Source: Octopus sinensis (lineage: Eukaryota). Taken from it: DNA of 64,000 nt. Each line of letters begins with the position of its first letter. Within the stretch, counting starts at the first letter, position 1. The stretch lies in the NCBI RefSeq assembly GCF_006345805.1, contig NC_043021.1, positions 5,022,001 through 5,086,000 on the forward strand. The letters are read 5' to 3'. A model generated the notes under the pieces. That model saw only the letters and a program-made list of their open reading frames with translations, made no database searches and had not been told where the DNA came from. Made by a program: the position numbers and the translations under genes. Positions 11,784 through 24,366 of this stretch are shown one piece after another.

Positions 11784-12193
11784 ACTCTTTTACTCTTTTT
11801 ACTCTTTTACTTGTTTCAGTCATTTGACTGCGGCCATGCTGGAGCACCGCCTTTAGTCGAGCAAATCGACACCGGGACTTATTCTTTGTAAGCCCAGTAC
11901 TTATTCTATCGGTCCCTTTTGCCGAACCGCTAAGTGACGGGGACGTAAACACACCAGCATTGGTTGTCAAGCAATGCTAGGGGGACAAACACAGACACAC
12001 AAACACACACACACATACATATATATACATATATATATATACGACAGGCTTCTTTCAGTTTCCGTCTACCAAATCCACTCACAAGGCATTGGTCGGCCCG
12101 GGGCTATAGCAGAAGGCACTTGCCCAAGATGCCACGCACTGGGACTGAACCCGGAACCATGTGGTTGGTTAGCAAGCTACTTACCACACAGCC
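11784..12193 (-). mobile_element. SINE-A
   Basis: Family match. Confidence 0.9.
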
Positions 12194-12787
12194 GATGTAA
12201 CTTGAGGGAGATTTTGCTTGCCATTTTGAGCGAGTTGATTGATCATTTATTCATTTAGATCAGTAGTTCTCAACCAAGTCCTGTATCAGATTTTGTTGTT
12301 AGAATTTATCCCTAATAAATTAGTTATACTTTTACAATACACAAAATATTTTAGCAATTCCTTTTCATACCATCCCTGGCAAGGGAAACTGATAAAGTGG
12401 GTACCAGATGTGGAAGAAAACATAAGTACTCGGGCTGATTTAACTGAAGTGAAGATGTTGCTCCAGTGTGGCCACAGTCCAATGGCTGAAACAAAAGAGA
12501 AAAAATACATTAGATAAGGCATTCATTTGTTACTACTAAGATGGCAAATTACTTGATTCTCTGAAAAATTTCTAATAGGAAACTTGCACATTTATCCAAC
12601 ATATACAATTTGGTGATTCCCATTAGCAAGTGAAACATATGTAATGGTGAATAAATAAATGCCAAAACGTTTTCTAGATTACTGTTTTGTTATATAATAA
12701 CTCTAAAAACAATATTTCCACAATTGTCACCTTTAACAAGGCACATCTTGGATTTCCCCCCCTACCTACGTATATACATGTATATAT

Positions 12788-12891
12788 AAAGTGGACAGTC
12801 AATATGCTAGATATAGACGTCAAAATCGCTATTTTCCACGTGGAAAATAGCGATTTTGACGTCTATATCTAGCATATTGACTGTCCACTTT
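12788..12891. repeat. Perfect spacerless 104-bp palindrome
   Basis: 12788-12839 is the exact reverse complement of 12840-12891, centred on ccac|gtgg. Confidence 0.95.
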
Positions 12892-13509
12892 TAGTGGTCA
12901 GTCCTTTAAATTTTGTATGTAAAAAATATTTTAATCTTCGGATTTTTTTTTAATATGCTAGACCACTGGTTTTAATTAATATCAATTTCTACCCTTATTC
13001 AATTTTAAATATGTATATAAAGACCCCCTTCGGTTATGAATGACCATGGGATTGCACCTAGAAAGTTACCCTCCTAGACACAAGTCCAGGCAAGGTTGTT
13101 TATGGAAGACCAGCAGTCGCCCATGCATACCAGCCTCCCCTCTCCACGCCACCAGTGTTATCCAAGGGAAAGACAAAGGTCGATACAGCTTGGCACCAGT
13201 GACGTCGCAACTCATATATATATCTATCATCATCATCCATGCTGGCATGAGTTGGACCATTTGACCAGAGCTGGGAAGCTTGCACCAGGTTCCAGTCTGA
13301 TTTGGCTTTGTTTCTATGGCTACATACCCTTCCTAATGCCAACCACTTCACAGCAGTAGCGCTGAAGGTGGTAGGTAGTGGTGGATGTTATGGCATCGAG
13401 ATATGCTTGAGAAAGAAGAGAGAGAGAGAGCGAGCGAGAGAGAGTGTGTGTGGATTATTCTGTTATGATTGATGTTAATCTCTACACTGCTATTTTACTC
13501 TGGTTTCAG

Positions 13510-13531
13510 GAAGTGACCTCTTAGTTTAGTG
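13510..13531 (+). other. Candidate 22-nt micro-exon (non-coding or poison)
   Basis: ttttactctggtttcag|gaagtgacctcttagtttagtg|gtaagt; stop codons in all three frames. Confidence 0.25.
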
Positions 13532-14649
13532 GTAAGTTTTCAAATCCTAGCATTGCAGAATTGACGCTATCAGTTAATTACTACGCCATCATTGCTCTCC
13601 TCTGGAAATGTTGAAATTATCTGGCGCTGTGTGATAAACGAGCTTGTTTAATAACATTTTGGGAATCACTCTGATAAAAATAAAAACAAAAAATTTGAGG
13701 GAGGGGGGAAAAAAAAGGTGGCGGGGTATTTAATAATAGTAATAAAATGAATAATGATTATAATTGCTTATTTGCTGGCTTGTTATTTGCATGCCTCTTT
13801 TTTTTTTTTTTTTAGTTTCCATCTCTTTTTCTTCTCCTTTCTCTCGCCTTCTATAATTATCATATAATCCATAGATTTGCTAATTGATCTCTTCTGTAAT
13901 GATTCATTTATCAAAGTGAACAACAGGTTTATCCTGTCAGTTTTAGTGTTAATGAGGACATGAGAACTATTTTTTGTTTTTTTCTTAATATATTTATTAG
14001 CTGAGGGGTAGCCTAGCTGCTCTTTCCAAGGTGCATTCACCCAACTCAATTTGAAATGTTTCTTTTCCAATGCACATTATATCAAATTACCTGTTTTGAT
14101 TAAAAAAAAAAAAAAAAAGCACCAACAAAACCTGGCTTTTTCTCATACTGTCTGTCTCTCCCATAGTAGTTAAAAATAGTTTTGTTTGTTTATTTTTTCC
14201 TTTATATATTTTTTTATAATATTTTACTTTTTTTTTTTGTTTCATTTTAATTTAAATTGTCTCGTATTCATACAATATGGCCAACTCTTTGTCTCAATAT
14301 TCTGATATTCCATTACAATACTTCAAAATATTTATTAAATAATCGGGTTTTGTTGTAATTCCATACAGTGACAATAAATTAAACTGTAACAATGTCATTT
14401 ATTTTCAGAATTTTTTTTTTTTTTTTCAAATATATTTTTTTTTATCAAGTATTTTGTGAACAATAGCAATTATATTGCTTAAAGTTTTCCAAGCCAATCA
14501 CCAATGAGGGAGTGACTGTTCAACTCGGGCAGAATAAATATCACAACCTAGTTTTGTTTATGCACTGTTTGAACATAGTTTTGTCATTGGCATCTATCTC
14601 ATTTGCTGACACACATGCATGCGTGCACAGACATAATCCCTGTCCTTTC

Positions 14650-15111
14650 TCATCATCATCATCATCATCATCATCGTTTAACGTCCGCTTTCCATGCTGG
14701 CATGGGTTGGACGGTTCAACTGGGGTCTGGGAAGCCCGAAGGCTGCACCAGGCCAGTCAGATCTGGCAGTGTTTCTACAGCTGGATGCCCTTCCTAACGC
14801 CAACCACTCCGTGAATGTAGTGGGTGCTTTTTATGTACCACCTGCACAGGTGCCAGACGAGGCTGGCGAACAGCCACGCTCGGATGGTGTTTTTTATGTG
14901 CCACCGACACAAGTGCCAGACGAGGCTGGCGAACGGCCACACTCGGATGGTGTTTTTTTTTTATGTGCCACGGACACAGGTGCCAGACGAGGTTGGCGAA
15001 CGGCCACGCTCGGATGGTGTTTTTTACGTGCCACCAGCACGGAGGCCAGGCGAGGCTGGCACAGCCACGATCGGATGGTGTTTGTTACGTGCCACCAGCA
15101 CGGAGGCCAGT
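14650..15111 (-). mobile_element. Retroposon-C with about 5 internal 62-67 bp units
   Basis: (CAT)n at the left end; gtgccagacgaggctggc recurs at 14850, 14913 and 14980. Confidence 0.9.
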
Positions 15112-15151
15112 CATATATTTTTTTTAAAAAAGCACACACACATGCATGTGA

Positions 15152-15310
15152 AGGCACATGGCCTAGTGGTTAAGTGTATTGCCCTCTATTGCACTCACAA
15201 TCGTGAGAGCATGGTTTTGATTCCCAGACCAGCATTGTGTTCTTGAGCAAAACACTCCATTTCATGTTGCTCCAGTCCACTCAGCTGTCAATGGGTAACC
15301 CTGTGACAGA
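15152..15310 (+). mobile_element. Older tRNA/CORE-like SINE (family G)
   Basis: ggcacatggcctagtggttaag head; gtgttcttgagcaaaacact...gttgctccagtccactcagctg core. Confidence 0.55.
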
Positions 15311-16898
15311 CTAGCCCTCTGATCTGGGGAAATGTTAGCCTGCTTGCCTAGCCAGTAAGATAGCACCATTCAAAAGCTAAAGTGTTGCAAAGCGCATTGT
15401 GACTAGCAATGTGTCACAATGTCCAATAGGCTGCTTTATCATATGATACATATATATATAGGTGCAGTTGTTGTGTGGTTAAAAATCTTGCTTCCCAACC
15501 ATGTGGTTTCAGTTTCAGTCCCACTGCACAACACCTTGGGTGAGTGTCTTCTACTATAGCTTCAAGTCGTGAGTGGATTTTGTAGACCGAAACTGAAAGT
15601 GTATATGTATGTATATATATGTGCATGTACTCATCTTGATACCACCTGATGGTTGTATTGCAAGTTACTTGGCAACCACACTACTGTTGATGGTACAAAG
15701 AACACACCCAGTATACACACTGTAGAGTGGTTGGTGTTAGGAAGGGTATCCAGTCAGAGAAACCATGCCAGAGCTGTTGCTGGAGCTTGGTATCACCAGA
15801 TCCATCCCATGCTAGCATGGAAAACAAACGTTAAATGATGTGATGGTGATATGTATAGACACAGGCATGATTATGTAGTTCAAAAGCTTGCTATGCAACC
15901 ATGAGGTTTTAGGTTCTGTACCACTACGTGGCATCTTGGGCAAGTGTTTTCTATTATAGCCACAGGCTGACCAATGTCTTGTTCATGAATTTAATAGATG
16001 GAAACTGTGTAGAAGCCTGCCATGTGTGTGTGTTTAGTCTGCCTCCTACTCTTGGCCAATTTATATGCTGTTAAAGAACCTGTGAAAAATATACTCCTCT
16101 CCCACCTTCCACAAAAACATTAGAATATATAAAAACGGGTTCGTTTGTTTCTTGAAGAAGGATCAGAACTTATTCACAAGTATTTATTTTATTGACCCCA
16201 AAAAGGATGAAAGGCAAAGTCAGAGTTTGAACTCAAAATCTAAAGAGCTGAAAAAAATACTGCATTATAGATAAGCATTTCATGTGATGTATTAATGATT
16301 CTGCCAGCTGGTAGCCTTAATAAAAATGATAATATTTTTGCTATAGGTAGAATACCTGAAATTTGTGGGGAGGAGAGTAGTTGATTACTTCAACTCCAGT
16401 GCACAGTTGGTACTTATTGACCTCAAAGGGATGAAAAGCAAAGTTGACTTTGGTGGAATTTGCACTCAGGTGGACGAAATACCACTGAGCATTTTGTCTA
16501 GCGTGCTAGCAATTCTGCCAGCTCACTGCATCAGTAGTAATAATAATAAGAAGAAGAAGAGTCTTTTCTAATTCTGGCACAATGCCAGCAAGTTTAGGGG
16601 AGGAGGCATGTTAATTATATATCGACCCCAGTACTTGACTGCTATGTATTTTATTGGCTTTGAAAAGCATAGTTGGCCTTGATGTTACTTGAACTCAGAA
16701 CTTTGAGAGCCCAGAAAGATGCTGCTAGACACTGTCCACTGCCATAGTTATTCTGCTGGCTTGTTGTCTTAATAATGTTGTACCTTGACAAGTGTCTTCT
16801 ACTATAGCCTTGGGCTGACCAAAGCCTTGTGGGTGAATTTGGTAGACAAAAACTGAAAGAGACCTTTGTGTGTGTATGTATATATATATATATATTAT

Positions 16899-16950
<52 letters not shown>

Positions 16951-19030
16951 TATATATATAGGATCAGATCCAATTGACAACGTAGGTCAGGTAGGTACAA
17001 TAAATTCAGGGTGAATACTTGATAAGTGTAAGCACCTGTATATGCCAGCTAGTAGCAGAGGTGAGAGGGTATATGCATCAAATGAAATAAAAAACAGAAC
17101 ACAAAGGATGTTGCGGTACACGTGTTTCAAGCTTTATACAACAACCTATATATTTATATATATATATATATAAGCACACATACACACACGTTTTTCTTTC
17201 TGTTTGTGCTTGTCCCCCACTATTGCTTGACAACTAGTGTTGATGTATTTATGTTCCTGTAACTTAGCAGTTTGACAAGAGAGACTGATAGAATAAGAAC
17301 TAGGCTTACAAAAAAGATAAGTGCTGGGGTTGATTCACTCAACTAAAACTTCCTGAAGGTGGTGCCCCAGCATGGCCACAGTCCAATGACTGGAACTAGT
17401 AAAAAAAAAAACAATGTGTGTATGTATTCTCCAGTGTATTTGATGTTTCAAAATACTGAATGAATAATAATTTTCTTGCATGGGCAACTGACCCTTTGAC
17501 CTTTTGTTCAATGACTCTGCTATTGATACCACTACTACTTTCTGTTTTGCTTTGTTTTGTGTGTGTCAATGATTTCTGAAGCTGTTAGAGCCAAAAGAGG
17601 ATGTGATTTATTTTGTTAATAACAGTTTTTCCTTTTTTATTTATTTTTTTTTTTTTGCAATTAAGCTTTTTTTTTTTCTCTCTCTCTTTCTTTCTCTTAA
17701 TTCTTCTCTTCTCTTTTTCTCAATTCTGAGTTCAAATTTCACTTTGCCTTTCATCCTAAAGTACCAGTTTCACACTGGGGTCGATGTAATCGACTTAATC
17801 CGTTTGTTGTCCTTGTTTGTCCCCTCTGTGTTTAGCCCCTTGTGGGTAGTAAAGAAATATATTACTTGTGGTCCTAATTTTTCTTATCTTAATCATTTAA
17901 TTTTTGGGATTTTATTAGAGTAACCAACAGTTCTTGCAGGAGAATCACGGCAGTACAATTGCTGCAGCTGCCAGCCATTCATTCTTCAATTGTCCTTTAG
18001 CAAGAGCTTTAGTTACCTTTCTTTGTTTCAGTAACTGGACTGTGGCCATGCTGGGGTTACCACCATGGCAAATTGTCTTCTACTATAGCCTCAGACCAAT
18101 CAAATCTTGTGTGGATTTGGTAGACAAACTTTAAAAATCTTGTCATATATATTATATGTGTATATCTGGGGGGGGGGGGGGAATCTGTCTGTCTGTCCCC
18201 ACCCCCAATTACCACTTTGACAACTGGTGTTGGTGTGTTTACATTCCCATAACTTAGCAAAAGAGATTGACAGAATAAGTACCAGGCTTAAAAAATATGT
18301 CCTGGTGTCAATTTGTTCAACTAAAGCCACTCGAGGCAGTGCTCCAATCAAATGGGTGAAATAAATAAAAAAATTTTAAAGATATATAAACAAATTAATA
18401 CTGGTTGTCAAGCAGTGGTGGGGTAAAAACACATCCACAAGCTTTTCATCTACCAAATTCATTCACAGTACATCACATTGGTTGGTCTTGGGCTATTAGT
18501 TGAAGACTCTTGCCTAAGGTGCCATGCAGTAGAAATGAATTCAGCTCAGTTTGTATTGCAGTATGAGGGAAAGCTGTTGGCAGATTAGTATAAAAAAAAG
18601 GTTAAAGCTACTATTCATACCAATCAGACGGGCTACTGATATTCCTGATTTTCACCAGGACGGCTCAGATTGAATGTAGAGATATAAATCCTGTCTTTTC
18701 CTGTATCTAGAACTGCATTGTCCAAGGTGTCCTTCTCTTAAGATGGTAAGATGTGCTTTGTGGGAGATTTGATTGTTTCTAGCAGGCCAAGTGACCACAT
18801 AGATGACTCCTTCGATCATTCATAAACAAATGGTGTCTTCCATCGTTTACCCCCACCCCAACAAGAATTGAGTTACCTTTCTGCTTCATAGGTAAATGTA
18901 TATGTAGTGGTGGTGTGGGGTGGGGTCTTTTATGACTTTAGTGACCATTTTTTCCACTTTAAAATGACACTCTTCTGGGTTCAGTCCCACTGACCACTTC
19001 TCATGCTAGTATATTCTGCAATGTTTCAAA

Positions 19031-19251
19031 GGCGGCGAGCTGGCAGAAACATTAGCACGCCGGGCGATATGCGTAGCCATATTTTGTCTGCCGTTACGTT
19101 CTGAGTTCAAATTCTGTTGAGGTCGACTTTGCCTTTCATCCTTTCGGGGTCGATAAATAAAGTACCAGTTACGCACTGGGGCCGATGTAATCGACATAAT
19201 CACCTTGTTTGTCCCCTCTATGTCTAACCCCTTGTGGGCAATAAAGAAATA
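19031..19251 (+). mobile_element. SINE-B
   Basis: Full-length family match. Confidence 0.9.
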
Positions 19252-19655
19252 TATATTCTGCAATGATATCCGTTTGACTAATTAAAAGTGTTATGGATGG
19301 AAAATATTTGGGAGTTTGTTGTGTCTGTGTCTATCATGTGTGTATTTGTGGACACTGATGTAGAGCTGTGTTAATATCTTGTGTTTCTCTAAGGTAGTGG
19401 TGTGGGGTATTCCCTAGGACTTAGGTAAACTTTTGAAAAAAAAGAAATGAGAACCATACAACATATTAAGGTTCATTAAAATCAATAAAATCCTTCAGAA
19501 GACTGAGACCAATAACAATAAAATACAGCTACCTAAAATGATATTTATTTCTAAATTTAGTTCCCTAATCTGTTTTTCTCTCTATCTTTTCTTTAATGAA
19601 GAATGTAATTGTCTTCAGATCCAAGAATTTTTTTTTTTTTTTTTTTTTTTTACAG

Positions 19656-19700
19656 GAATTTTGCAAAATTGCAGAGCTTAAAATTAGCCAAAGTTAATTT
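19656..19700 (+). CDS. Candidate 45-nt symmetric (phase 2-2) exon, xNFAKLQSLKLAKVNx
   Basis: A run of about 24 T plus acag acceptor, GTAAGT donor at 19701; one open frame; length divisible by 3. Confidence 0.3.
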
Positions 19701-20182
19701 GTAAGTCTGCAGCAAAAAAAAATATAAAAAATAAATTTGAAAAAAAAAAAAAAAATTATTTTTTCATGCACCTTAGCTGCCTAATCTACATAACTAGCAT
19801 GTCTGGAAATACATTCTGCTCCAGACATGGAATTTATCTGTCTGCAATTAGTTATATATATATATATAAGAATATTTGGATTAGCTCTTCTCTCTTATAT
19901 TATATATTTTTCCCTAATATTATTCTCATTACATGCTTTTCGCCACACAACCAAACACAGCTCTGTGTTTATGTACGTGCAGTGCAGTGTTTTGTTTTTC
20001 TGGTTTTCTCTTGTATTGGAAAGTGCTCTACATAAGTTTGTTTGCAGGTGTGGTTAAGAAGCTTGCTTTAGAAACCATGTGATCTCGTGTTCAGTCCCAC
20101 TGTGTGGCACCTTGGGGCAAGTATCTTCAACTGTAGCCTTGCGCTGACCTAACCATATGAATGAATTTGGTAGACAGAAACT

Positions 20183-20410
20183 GGCGAGCTGGCAGAAACG
20201 TTAGCAAGCCAGGCGAAATGCGTATCTGTATTTCGTCTGCCGTTACGTTCTGAGTTCAAATTCCCGCCGAGGTCGACTTTGCCTTTCTTCCTTTCAGGGT
20301 CGATAAATTAAGTACCAGTTACGCACTGGGGTCGATATAATCAACTTAATCCGTTTGTCTGTCCTTGTTTGTCCCCTCTATGTTTAGCCCCTTGTGGGCA
20401 GTAAAGAAAT
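20183..20410 (+). mobile_element. SINE-B inserted in an older SINE-A-type head
   Basis: Family match; agaaact duplicated on both sides. Confidence 0.9.
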
Positions 20411-20594
20411 GAGAAACTGTGAAGCTCCATCATATACAAGTTTGAGTGTGTTTGCATTTGTGTCCCATCACCACTTGATGACTAGCTGTTGGTTTATTTA
20501 CATCCCTCTTCTTTAGCAGTTCAACAAAAGAGACTGATGGAATAAGTGCCAGACTTCATATAAGTACTGGGGTCAATTTGTTTAGCTAAATCCT

Positions 20595-20823
20595 TTAACC
20601 CTTTAGTGTTCGCATTATTCTGCCAAAATTAATGCTTTTTTATCCACATTGCCTTGAACTAATCAGGCATTATCTTGTAGCTATGAGATTTTGATGAGGT
20701 AGCTGTTAATTTTTAAAACGATATTGTAGGGTTGGTGTGAGAGACCAGATCTGGCCAGTTTGAACATAAAACAGGCAGAATACTTTTGGCCGGATATGGC
20801 CGGTTTAAATGCTAAAGTGTTAA
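20595..20823. mobile_element. MITE-D inserted in a SINE-A-type tail
   Basis: TTAA-CCCTTTAG ... CTAAAGTG-TTAA; host SINE resumes with gatggtaccccagtatggccgc. Confidence 0.85.
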
Positions 20824-21168
20824 GATGGTACCCCAGTATGGCCGCAGTCTGATAACTGAAACTAAGTAAAAGATAAAAGATATCTGTTTCAGTTGAAACA
20901 TAATGAAAGCAACCATCAAGTTGAGAACTCCAGTCTGCTTAATATAAACAGGATACATTATGTAAATTCCTTATCTCAGAAGCATAGAATTGTAATACCT
21001 GGGCAGTGCACAATTCTGTAAAATGTATTCTATTTTTCTGCTTGTACCTGTCATCTGGCTGTTTTGTCTGTTACACCAAGGGAGGAAGACATAAAGATAG
21101 AGAAGCAGAAATAGTGGGATCAGTGAAAATAATAGAAAGAGGGAAAAGGTCTATATTATTTCTGTATA

Positions 21169-21400
21169 AGGCAGCGAGCTGGTAGAAACGTTAGCATGCC
21201 GGGCGAAATTCGTAGCCGTATTTCATCTGTCGTTACGTTCCGAGTTCAAATTTCGCCGAGGTCGACTTTGCCTTTCATCCTTTCGTAGTCGATAAATTAA
21301 GTACCAGTTACGCACTGGGGTCGATGTAGTCGACTTAATCCCTTTGTCTGTCCTTGTTTGTCCCCTCTGTGTTTAGCCCCTTGTGGGTAGTAAAGAAATA
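21169..21400 (+). mobile_element. SINE-B with 16-bp TSD
   Basis: tatattatttctgtat at 21152-21167 and 21401-21416. Confidence 0.95.
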
Positions 21401-21522
21401 TATATTATTTCTGTATTTGAATGCTGAAATCACAGGCACAATCAAAACATTTAACATAATAAAAGAATTTCATAAAGATCTATAAAGTTATGCATTAAAT
21501 GATACATCGATAGATAGTCAAA

Positions 21523-21930
21523 CGAGCTGGCAGAAACGTTAGCATGCTGGGCGAAATGCTAAGCGGTATTTCGTCTGCTGCTACGTTCTGAGTTCAAATT
21601 CCGCTGAGGTCGACTTTACCTTTCATCCTTTCAGGGTCGATTAAATAAGTACCAGTTACGCACTGGGGTCAATATAATTGACTTAATCCGTGTGTCTGTC
21701 CTTGTTTGTCTCCTCTATGTTTGGCCCCTTGTGGGTAGTAAAGAAATAGGTATTTCGTCTGCTGCTACGTTCTGAGTTCAAATTCCGCCGAGGTCGACTT
21801 TGCCTTTCATCCTTTCGGGGTCGATTAAATAAGTACCAGTTACGCACTGGGGTCGATATAATCGACTTAATCCGTTTGTCTGTCCTTTGTGTCCCCTCTG
21901 TGTTTAGCCCCTTGTGGGTAGTAAAGAAAT
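21523..21930 (+). mobile_element. SINE-B partial dimer within one TSD pair
   Basis: Second unit restarts at ggtatttcgtctg (~21749); TSD atagatagt(c/t)aaac at 21510-21523 and 21929-21942. Confidence 0.9.
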
Positions 21931-23049
21931 AGATAGTTAAACTAAAGGGAAATAATCTTAGCAAATAACTGTGGATGTGTCACTCTTTTACATTTTTACA
22001 CATTCCAGACGAAAGGCTGTGGCCATACTTACCATATTGTGGTAAGAAGCTTGCTTCCCAACTGCATGGTTCTGGCACCTTGGTCAAGTGTCTTGTATAC
22101 TAATGTAGCTTTGGGCTGACCAAAGCTTTGTGAGTGGATTTGATTGATGGAAACTGAAAGAAGCCCATTAGGTGGGTAGGCAGGCAGGCAGGCGGGTGGG
22201 TGTGCATGCATGTGTGTTTGTTCACCATCACCAGTACCCCAGCTTGGCTGCAGTCTAATGACTGAAACAAGTAAAAGATTTTAAAGATGTCTTTCAAAAT
22301 GGAAGGCACATTTAAGGATGTACTCCTAGATATGATGTGTCAGAAGTGGGTGGAGGAGACAAAAGGATGAAATGGTCTTAACTCGAATTTCTTTGATTAT
22401 AAGTCTGCTAGAATTATGACTGCTCTGGCACTAAATCCTAATTCTAGCAGACTGAAGGTCTTATACCAGCCATGGGCAAATTGTGGTTCATGGGGCCTTT
22501 CTGAATGGCATGCCTAATGAAAAACTACCTTAGACCTTTTTTTTGTAATGGTGAGGCCCACTTGATGATGAGCCTTGTGTTGTGTGATCCACTCTTCAAA
22601 AAAGGTTGCCCATGCCTGGTGTAAATTATGGTAAATTTCAGCCAAGGAGAATATGAAAGCTAAATAGTTGAACTACTTAGCAAAGCATGAAGAATTCAAG
22701 TGAAGCTACTGACAGCTTGGTGGTGTATATTTTAACAGATGGTAAATGATTCAATGCCAACCACCATGTATGACACAGTTCCCACTTCCCTGTTCAATGT
22801 GTACATGGCTTTAGAGGAAAGGATATACAGCTAAAAAATATTTACTTTAACAATTCAGGCAAATTTTTTTTTTTTTTTTTTCTGGGTTTATTTGTAATTT
22901 ATGCAGAACAATCCAACCCACCCCCTGCCTCTGGCTATGGATAACTTAGTCCTTAAGTCTAAGCAAAAATAATAATAATAATAATAATAATAATCCCCTT
23001 CTACTATATAAGGCCTGAAATTTTGGTGGGGAAATGGGCTAGTCTCTCT

Positions 23050-23462
23050 CTTTTTACTCTCTTTACTTGTTTCAGTCATTTTGACTGTGGCCATGCTGGA
23101 GCACCGCATTTAGTCGAGCAAATCGACCCCGCGACTTATTCTTTTTGTAAGCCCAGTACTTATTCTATCGGTCTCTTTTGCCGAACCGCTAAGTGACGGG
23201 GACGTAAACACACCAGCATCGGTTGTCAAGCAATGCTAGGGGGACAAACACAGACACACAAACACACACATACATATATATATATATATACATATATACG
23301 ACGGGCTTCTTTCAGTTTCCGTCTACCAAATCCACTCACAAGGCATTGGTCGGCCCGGGGCTATAGCAGAAGACATTTGCCCAAGATGCCATGCAGTGGG
23401 ACTGAACCCGGAACCATGTGGTTGGTTAGCAAGCTACTTACCACACAGCCACTCCTACGCCT
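23050..23462 (-). mobile_element. SINE-A
   Basis: Family match. Confidence 0.9.
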
Positions 23463-23981
23463 GTTTACATCTGCTTCAGTGCTCAACTGATGCTTATTTT
23501 ATTCACCCTGAAAGGGTGAAAAGGTAGAATCGACCTTGGCAGAATTTTAACTCAGAATGTAAAAATTGATGAAATAGCACTAAGTATTTTGTCTGGTGTG
23601 CTGACAATTCTGCCAGCACAAAGCCTGAAATTTTGCAGGGAATAGAGGCTAATTGATTACATCGACTCCTGTGTTTAACTGGAACTTATTTCATTGAATG
23701 GTGAAAAGCAAAGTTGACCTTGGGTAGAATTTGAACTCTGTCTCTGTGTGTGTGTGTGTGTGTACATATAGGACAAGCTTCTTTCAGTTTTCTTCTACCA
23801 AATCTGCTCACAAGGCATCAGTCAGCTTGAGTTTATAGTAGAAAATACTTGCCCAAGGTGACATATACTGGGATTGAACCCAAAGCCATATGAATCAATA
23901 AATCATTTTCTAGGCTTTGTGTCTTCTGCACAACTTTCTGATCAGACACAAACCAGGTATGTTTAATGCTTCGACATAGAT

Positions 23982-24366
23982 GCAGGAGTGGCTGTGTGGT
24001 AAGTAGCTTGCTAACCAACCACATGGTTCCGGGTTCAGTCCCACTACATGGCATCTTGGGCAAGCGTCTTCTGCTATAGCCCAGGGCCGACCAATGCCTT
24101 GTGAGTGGATTTGGTAGACGGAAACTGAAAGAAGTCTGTCGTATATATATATATATGTGTGTTTGTGTGTCTGTGTTTGTCCCCCTAGCATTGCTTGACA
24201 ACCGATGCTGGTGTGTTTACGTCCCCGTCACTTAGCGGTTTGGCAAAAGAGACCAATAGAATAAGTACTGGGCTTACAAAGAAAAAGTCCCGGGGTCGAT
24301 TTGTTCGACTAAAAGGTGGTGCTCCAGCATGGCCACAGTCAAATGACTGAAACAAGTAAAAGAGTA
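23982..24366 (+). mobile_element. SINE-A
   Basis: Family match; inverted relative to 23050-23462. Confidence 0.9.

Noticed and set aside
11964-12258. Recurrent ORFs MLGGQTQTH.../MSSNARGTNT... at many loci
   Set aside because: Read-through of antisense SINE-A, not a gene family.
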